Shown here piece by piece: positions 59,444 through 64,000 of a stretch of 64,000 nt of DNA (positions are counted from its first letter, which is position 1; each line of letters begins with the position of its first letter). The notes under the pieces were generated by a model that saw only the letters and a list, made by a program, of their open reading frames with translations, had not been told where the DNA came from and did not search any database. The stretch is from an uncultured Desulfobacterales bacterium (GTDB lineage Bacteria; Desulfobacterota; Desulfobacteria; Desulfobacterales; Desulfobacteraceae), in contig CAZTEM010000001.1 of assembly GCA_964612755.1 (NCBI GenBank), forward strand, positions 6,232-70,231. Reading direction: 5' to 3'. Made by a program: the position numbers and the translations under genes.

Positions 59444-60837
59444 AACAATTTTCATTATTAGTTGTTGATGATGACAAAGATTTTTTAAAAGGTATTATCA
59501 GAACTCTAAAAAAAAAATTTAATACTATAAATATCATTGGAGCAGATTCAGGTCAAAAAGCCATTGATATTTTAAAAAAAAATGAAATCGGAGTTATGCT
59601 GTCGGATTTAAGGATGCCCGAAATCTCAGGGTATGATTTGCTGATAAAGGGAATCTCTCTTAATCCTATTCTCTGTGTAATTATGATTACCGGTTATGGA
59701 ACCGTTGAAAATGCAGTGACTGCTCTTAAAAACGGAGCATGGGATTTTTTTACAAAACCTGTTGAAAAAGAGCCGCTATACCATAAGGTGGAAAAGGCAA
59801 TTGCACATTATTCCCTGGCTAGAGAAAACAAACGATTACACAATATAATTCATGAACTCAATTCTGATCAACCCCTTAACTGGGAAAGCTTAGTAATGAA
59901 GCAACTGGGGGAAAAAATTTCAGCCATTGCTGTCACAGATTATACAGTGTTAATCACCGGTGAATCCGGAAGCGGAAAAGAACATATTGCAAAAGCCATT
60001 CATAATCTATCTAAGCGAAGCCAGTCCTCATGCCATGTATTAAATTGCCCTGCAATCCCCGAACAACTACTGGAAAGCGAGTTGTTCGGGCATGTTAAAG
60101 GAGCTTTTACCGGAGCTGAAAGAAATCGCGAGGGCTTTTTCCTGTCAGCTGATAAAGGAACATTAATTCTGGACGAGATTGGTGATATAAGCCCTGGCAT
60201 CCAGGTAAAATTATTGAAATTCTTACAAGACAAAACTGTTAAGCCGGTAGGCAGCAGCCATTCCAAAGTTACAGACGTGAGAATCATTGCCTTGACAAAC
60301 CAGGATCTGGAACAAAAAATTTGTGAGGGCAGCTTTAGACAGGATTTGTATTATCGGCTGAATGTGCTTTCTGTCAATGTCCCGCCATTACGAGAAAGAA
60401 AAGAAGATATACCCATGCTGGTTAAAAAATTTATTATACAAACCTGTCAGGAGATGCAAATTGAACCCATGGACATTGACCTTCTTGCTTTAGGGTTTCT
60501 CTCAAGGCAGACATGGCCGGGAAACGTCAGAGAATTGCTCAATTATGTCCGTCGCCTGGCAGTTTTCTCAAATGGAAATCCCATTGATCTTGCCTTGATC
60601 AATCAGGTAGAGGGAAATATAGATCAATCCTGGGTTTCAAGGTTAAAATCTCCTGTTTTATATAGAGATGCTAAAAAAGAAGTTATGGATACATTTTCCC
60701 GGGATTATATCATAAGGATATTGAGACAGACAAAGGGTAATATTTCTAAGACCTCTCGTATCAGTGGGCTTGAAAGGGCATCCATCCAAAAAATAATAAA
60801 ACGTCTTAATATAAATATTTCTCAATTCAGAAATTAA
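59440..60837 (+). CDS. sigma-54-dependent response regulator (NtrC family: REC-AAA+-HTH)
   Basis: LLVVDDD...SDLRMPEISG, GESGSGKE, GAFTGA, ESELFGH, and C-terminal Fis-type HTH. Overlaps the kinase stop by 4 nt. Confidence 0.92.
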   Translation: MKQFSLLVVDDDKDFLKGIIRTLKKKFNTINIIGADSGQKAIDILKKNEIGVMLSDLRMPEISGYDLLIKGISLNPILCVIMITGYGTVENAVTALKNGAWDFFTKPVEKEPLYHKVEKAIAHYSLARENKRLHNIIHELNSDQPLNWESLVMKQLGEKISAIAVTDYTVLITGESGSGKEHIAKAIHNLSKRSQSSCHVLNCPAIPEQLLESELFGHVKGAFTGAERNREGFFLSADKGTLILDEIGDISPGIQVKLLKFLQDKTVKPVGSSHSKVTDVRIIALTNQDLEQKICEGSFRQDLYYRLNVLSVNVPPLRERKEDIPMLVKKFIIQTCQEMQIEPMDIDLLALGFLSRQTWPGNVRELLNYVRRLAVFSNGNPIDLALINQVEGNIDQSWVSRLKSPVLYRDAKKEVMDTFSRDYIIRILRQTKGNISKTSRISGLERASIQKIIKRLNINISQFRN

Positions 60838-60842
60838 ATTCA

Positions 60843-61700
60843 TTAGTGGTTTATACATTTTCCAATGGCAGCACTGACACCGCAATTATTATTGGAAGGG
60901 ACCATGTCAAAAAATCCTTTAAGCTCTTCTATAGCATTTTCAACAATATATCCTTTGCCTGACCATTGGAGCAAATCCATATCATTATAATCATTTCCAA
61001 CGGCAAATAAATTTTCCTTTTTAACTTCAAGCTTTTTTACAAGGAATGATGCAGCCTTGCTCTTTGAAACTTTTTTATTAAAAACTTCAATCCACAATGA
61101 TTTATTATCAAGAGGTGATGTTGCAGGAACAACACTGAATTGCGCAAGATCTCTGCGAATTTTTTTTATTATATCAGACATGGAATTATTTAATTTTTGA
61201 GGGATAATTGACAAAATTTGTGTTGATTTACCAAAACCTTTTAACATTTCATTTTTATTTAACAATAAAGCATATTTTTTATATAAATCTATTCTCCTGA
61301 AAAAATCAGGATTTTCTGTTCCGTGTGATCTATAAACAAAACAATGGGTTTCAGGTATTGGTTTATGAACCATATAATCAAGTTGAAGTTTCTCAAAATA
61401 ATCACTAATAAAAACGATATCTGATTCGTTAAGATAATAATTACATAAAATTTCGCGGGATTGGAAATTCATAATTCCAGCTCCTGTTGAAAAAATTAAA
61501 TAATCCAAAGGGAAATTAAATTCATAATTAAAGCCTTTTAAAATTTTATCAAAGGAATATATAGATCTGCCTGTGGCAATACAAGTTATTATTCCATAAT
61601 TTTTAAGTTGTTTTAACGCATCAATATCTTCATGGGCAATCGTTTTATCGTCTTTTAAAAGGGTCCCGTCAAAATCTGTAATAAATATCTTTTCTGGCAT
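60843..61700 (-). CDS. Cof-type HAD-IIB phosphatase
   Basis: FITDFDGTLL, TGRS, GNDYNDMDLL. Confidence 0.85.
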   Translation of the reverse strand: MPEKIFITDFDGTLLKDDKTIAHEDIDALKQLKNYGIITCIATGRSIYSFDKILKGFNYEFNFPLDYLIFSTGAGIMNFQSREILCNYYLNESDIVFISDYFEKLQLDYMVHKPIPETHCFVYRSHGTENPDFFRRIDLYKKYALLLNKNEMLKGFGKSTQILSIIPQKLNNSMSDIIKKIRRDLAQFSVVPATSPLDNKSLWIEVFNKKVSKSKAASFLVKKLEVKKENLFAVGNDYNDMDLLQWSGKGYIVENAIEELKGFFDMVPSNNNCGVSAAIGKCINH

Positions 61701-61805
61701 ACTCTTTTATACATCAATAAAAAATTTATGCCAATTAAAATTCATGCTTGCCTTTTTACATTACTTAGAGTATTTTATTTTTATCGCTAATGGAGATTCT
61801 CATAT

Positions 61806-63383
61806 ATGCAAAATTGCATTTCAAAACGCAAATTTCTTAAACTCAGTGCACTCTCAGCAGGAATGCTTGGAGCAGGTACATTTTTGTTCAGAGATGAAAT
61901 TCATCAGGTACTAAAAAATTCACTGAAGAATAATATTGATTTTCTTACTTTAGAAAATAATCTCAAGGCAAATGACAATTTTTATCCTTTAAAAGTATCA
62001 GAACAAAACACTATCCATCCAGGAGATCTGCCCATATACCAGGGTTCGGTATCAGATGGACTTCCCTTGACAAAATATTTTCCTGAGCTTGATTATTCCA
62101 GCAAAAATAAGGCAAAAGTTCAAATAATTAATATCTATCATAAAGATTTTCAAAAAATTACCAATCAAATCAATAATAAAGCCTTAATTTACGACAGCTT
62201 GTTCTCCATGAAAACCAATCCCCAGCGTTTTTTTATTCCATGGATACCCCTTTTTAAAAAAACAACTCCTGTATATAAGCTTAAAGGAAAATTTACAGAT
62301 CATGCATATCCATTCCCTATATATATTAAAGACGAAGGCAGCAGTGAAATAGCCTTGTTTGGTAATAAAGCACGTAAATACGAATTTGCCTTTCCTTTTT
62401 GTTTACAAACAAGGGCAAAAAAAATCATCACTTTTGGCAGTCTTGCAAGTAACCATTGTATATATACTGCACTGACCTCATCCTGCAGCGATATAGGCAA
62501 ATGCTTTAATGGGGAAAACCCGGAAATTCTGGTCAATCTTTACCCCCAGAAATTTCACCCCTTAATAGAAAAAAAACTTAAATACCTTCTTGCATTGGGA
62601 GCAAGGATTCGCTTTCTTGACAATGATCTGGAAATAGGAACTGGGATTCTTACCAATAGAGCCCGCGAATATTTTTCCCCGGATGATGATCTTGCATATT
62701 ACGAGCCTGGAGGATCCAACCCGTTAACAACCCTTGCCCATATCAATGCTGCTTTTGAGCTAAATGACCAGATAAGGCAAGGCAATTGTCCATTAAACAA
62801 ACCTCCTGATTATATTTTTACAGCTCTTGGCTCAGGCGGAACATGTATGGGATTAGTGCTGGGATGTTTTTTACTGGGTTGGAAAACAAAAATTGTAGGC
62901 ACCACTTCCCAGGATAAATCAATGTGGAAACGAGCATTGGTCTTTGGGAATCCATCCAAACCGTTTTTAGTGCAGAATGCTGAACAACTCCTTAAAAAGA
63001 CCATTGAACTTGTCAAATTCTTTGATCTGCCGGGTACAATATGGAATAAGCTAAATGCCGAACATATACTAAAGAAAAATTTTCTCTATGATAACCTTGC
63101 ATGGGAGCCTGCCTACGGCATCCCCTCAGGTAAAACACAAGCTATAATTAAAAGGGTCAAAAAAACAACCGGGTTGATTTTAGACCATACTTTTACAGGC
63201 AAATCATTTACCACACTTATAGACTATGCAAACAAAGGGATATTAAATAAAAAATCTGTATTATTCTGGAATACACATCATCGTTACAATTTTATGGCTA
63301 ACAAAAAAGTAAAAAATATCAATATCAATTTATTGCCCCAAAATTTAATGGAGTATTTGTCATCATATATAAATAAAAAATAA
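61806..63383 (+). CDS. PLP-dependent ACC deaminase / D-cysteine desulfhydrase family protein with N-terminal signal/anchor and an extension of about 140 aa
   Basis: SKRKFLKLSALSAGMLGAG Tat-like N-terminus. LFGNKARKYEF (PLP-lysine block of the GNK.RKLE type). GSGGT glycine loop. Confidence 0.7.
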   Translation: MQNCISKRKFLKLSALSAGMLGAGTFLFRDEIHQVLKNSLKNNIDFLTLENNLKANDNFYPLKVSEQNTIHPGDLPIYQGSVSDGLPLTKYFPELDYSSKNKAKVQIINIYHKDFQKITNQINNKALIYDSLFSMKTNPQRFFIPWIPLFKKTTPVYKLKGKFTDHAYPFPIYIKDEGSSEIALFGNKARKYEFAFPFCLQTRAKKIITFGSLASNHCIYTALTSSCSDIGKCFNGENPEILVNLYPQKFHPLIEKKLKYLLALGARIRFLDNDLEIGTGILTNRAREYFSPDDDLAYYEPGGSNPLTTLAHINAAFELNDQIRQGNCPLNKPPDYIFTALGSGGTCMGLVLGCFLLGWKTKIVGTTSQDKSMWKRALVFGNPSKPFLVQNAEQLLKKTIELVKFFDLPGTIWNKLNAEHILKKNFLYDNLAWEPAYGIPSGKTQAIIKRVKKTTGLILDHTFTGKSFTTLIDYANKGILNKKSVLFWNTHHRYNFMANKKVKNININLLPQNLMEYLSSYINKK

Positions 63384-63421
63384 TAAGCTGATTTATAAAA
63401 TAAACAGGCAGGTTAATTCCC

Positions 63422-64000
63422 ATGAAAAAGATTAATAAAAAAACTATTATATTGATTATTTATCTTATTCCGATTTCTGTACTTATTTATCATTGCCTTA
63501 TCAATAATTTTTCATCAGATGTTTTTCTAGAATATAAAGATCAATTCACTGCCTTTAAACATACACATTTGATTTTATTCTTCATGATTTTTTTAATAAT
63601 TTATTCTACACTTATTACGTTTTCCCTGCCCTTTAACGTAATAATGAACCTTTTTGCAGGTTACCTTTTCGGTCCCCTAACAGGTGCCCTGTTTGCCAGC
63701 ATAGCAATCAGTTTCGGATCATATTTACTTTTTTTGATTTCTCGTTCTTCCACACAAAAATTCCACAATAAATACTCAAATCTTAAAATTTTTAAAACCA
63801 AAGACCAGAATATTATTTTAACCTTATTCTTTCTACGGCTGTCGCCATTGTTCCCTGCTCCGGTTATCACAATAGGTTGTGGTTTAGCTAATATAAAAGA
63901 TCATATTTTTATTATAACGACATTTTTAGGATCAATACCGCTTGTTTTGATATATACATTAATCGGAAGTCATCTTGATCTCATAAACCATACCAGAGAT
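63422..64000 (+). CDS. TVP38/TMEM64 (DedA-related) membrane protein, 3' end beyond the window
   Basis: Not in the track because it has no stop. ATG at 63422, open for 193 codons to the edge. FLRLSPLFPAPVIT motif typical of the family. Confidence 0.75.
   Translation, partial: MKKINKKTIILIIYLIPISVLIYHCLINNFSSDVFLEYKDQFTAFKHTHLILFFMIFLIIYSTLITFSLPFNVIMNLFAGYLFGPLTGALFASIAISFGSYLLFLISRSSTQKFHNKYSNLKIFKTKDQNIILTLFFLRLSPLFPAPVITIGCGLANIKDHIFIITTFLGSIPLVLIYTLIGSHLDLINHTRD

Noticed and set aside
1-64000. Search for tRNA/rRNA genes, CRISPR arrays, IS elements, integrases, phage or defence-system genes
   Set aside because: None were seen. All intergenic gaps are under about 530 bp and lack spaced direct repeats or cloverleaf-like GC-rich segments, and no ORF resembles a transposase, integrase or nuclease-helicase defence protein.

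Overview
Dense, low-GC bacterial chromosome segment, mostly housekeeping and energy metabolism. I saw no rRNA, tRNA, CRISPR array or IS/transposase. Gene content suggests an anaerobic Desulfobacterota-like sulfate reducer or acetogen type, but this is an inference I cannot verify without a search. It rests on the bacterial-type CODH/ACS cluster, the ETF-linked membrane Fe-S oxidoreductase and the FlgM partner protein. The left end holds a Wood-Ljungdahl island: fhs on the minus strand (clipped by the window edge, missing from the ORF track), divergent from acsD-cooS-acsB-acsC-acsE, then a small ORF and cooC. After that come a Nudix / GTDC1-like glycosyltransferase pair, an NlpC/P60-SPOR lipoprotein and two hybrid histidine kinases. 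Next are a radical-SAM/PHP pair, trmJ, prfC, serC abutting a 1201-aa DUF3683-FAD-FeS oxidoreductase, rsmE, a beta-CASP RNase and serB. Further right are murI, an RND pump, a tetR / Fe-S oxidoreductase / etfBA operon, a divergent class II aldolase and a small flagellar regulatory island around flgM. The window ends with mazG, cvpA, phoH-pgpH-ybeY-pdxJ, a sigma-54 module, a HAD hydrolase, a signal-bearing PLP enzyme and a clipped TVP38 gene. The sigma-54 module has a promoter, three uncharacterised membrane or unknown genes, a c-heme sensor kinase and a GAFTGA activator. The most interesting items are that sigma-54 module, the ~190-aa Ala/Lys/Glu/Pro tail on AcsD, the translationally coupled GTDC1-like GT plus Nudix pair, the radical SAM protein with an unknown N-domain, and the serC to DUF3683 oxidoreductase coupling. 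All family calls come from motifs I recognise by eye in the translations. No database search was run.
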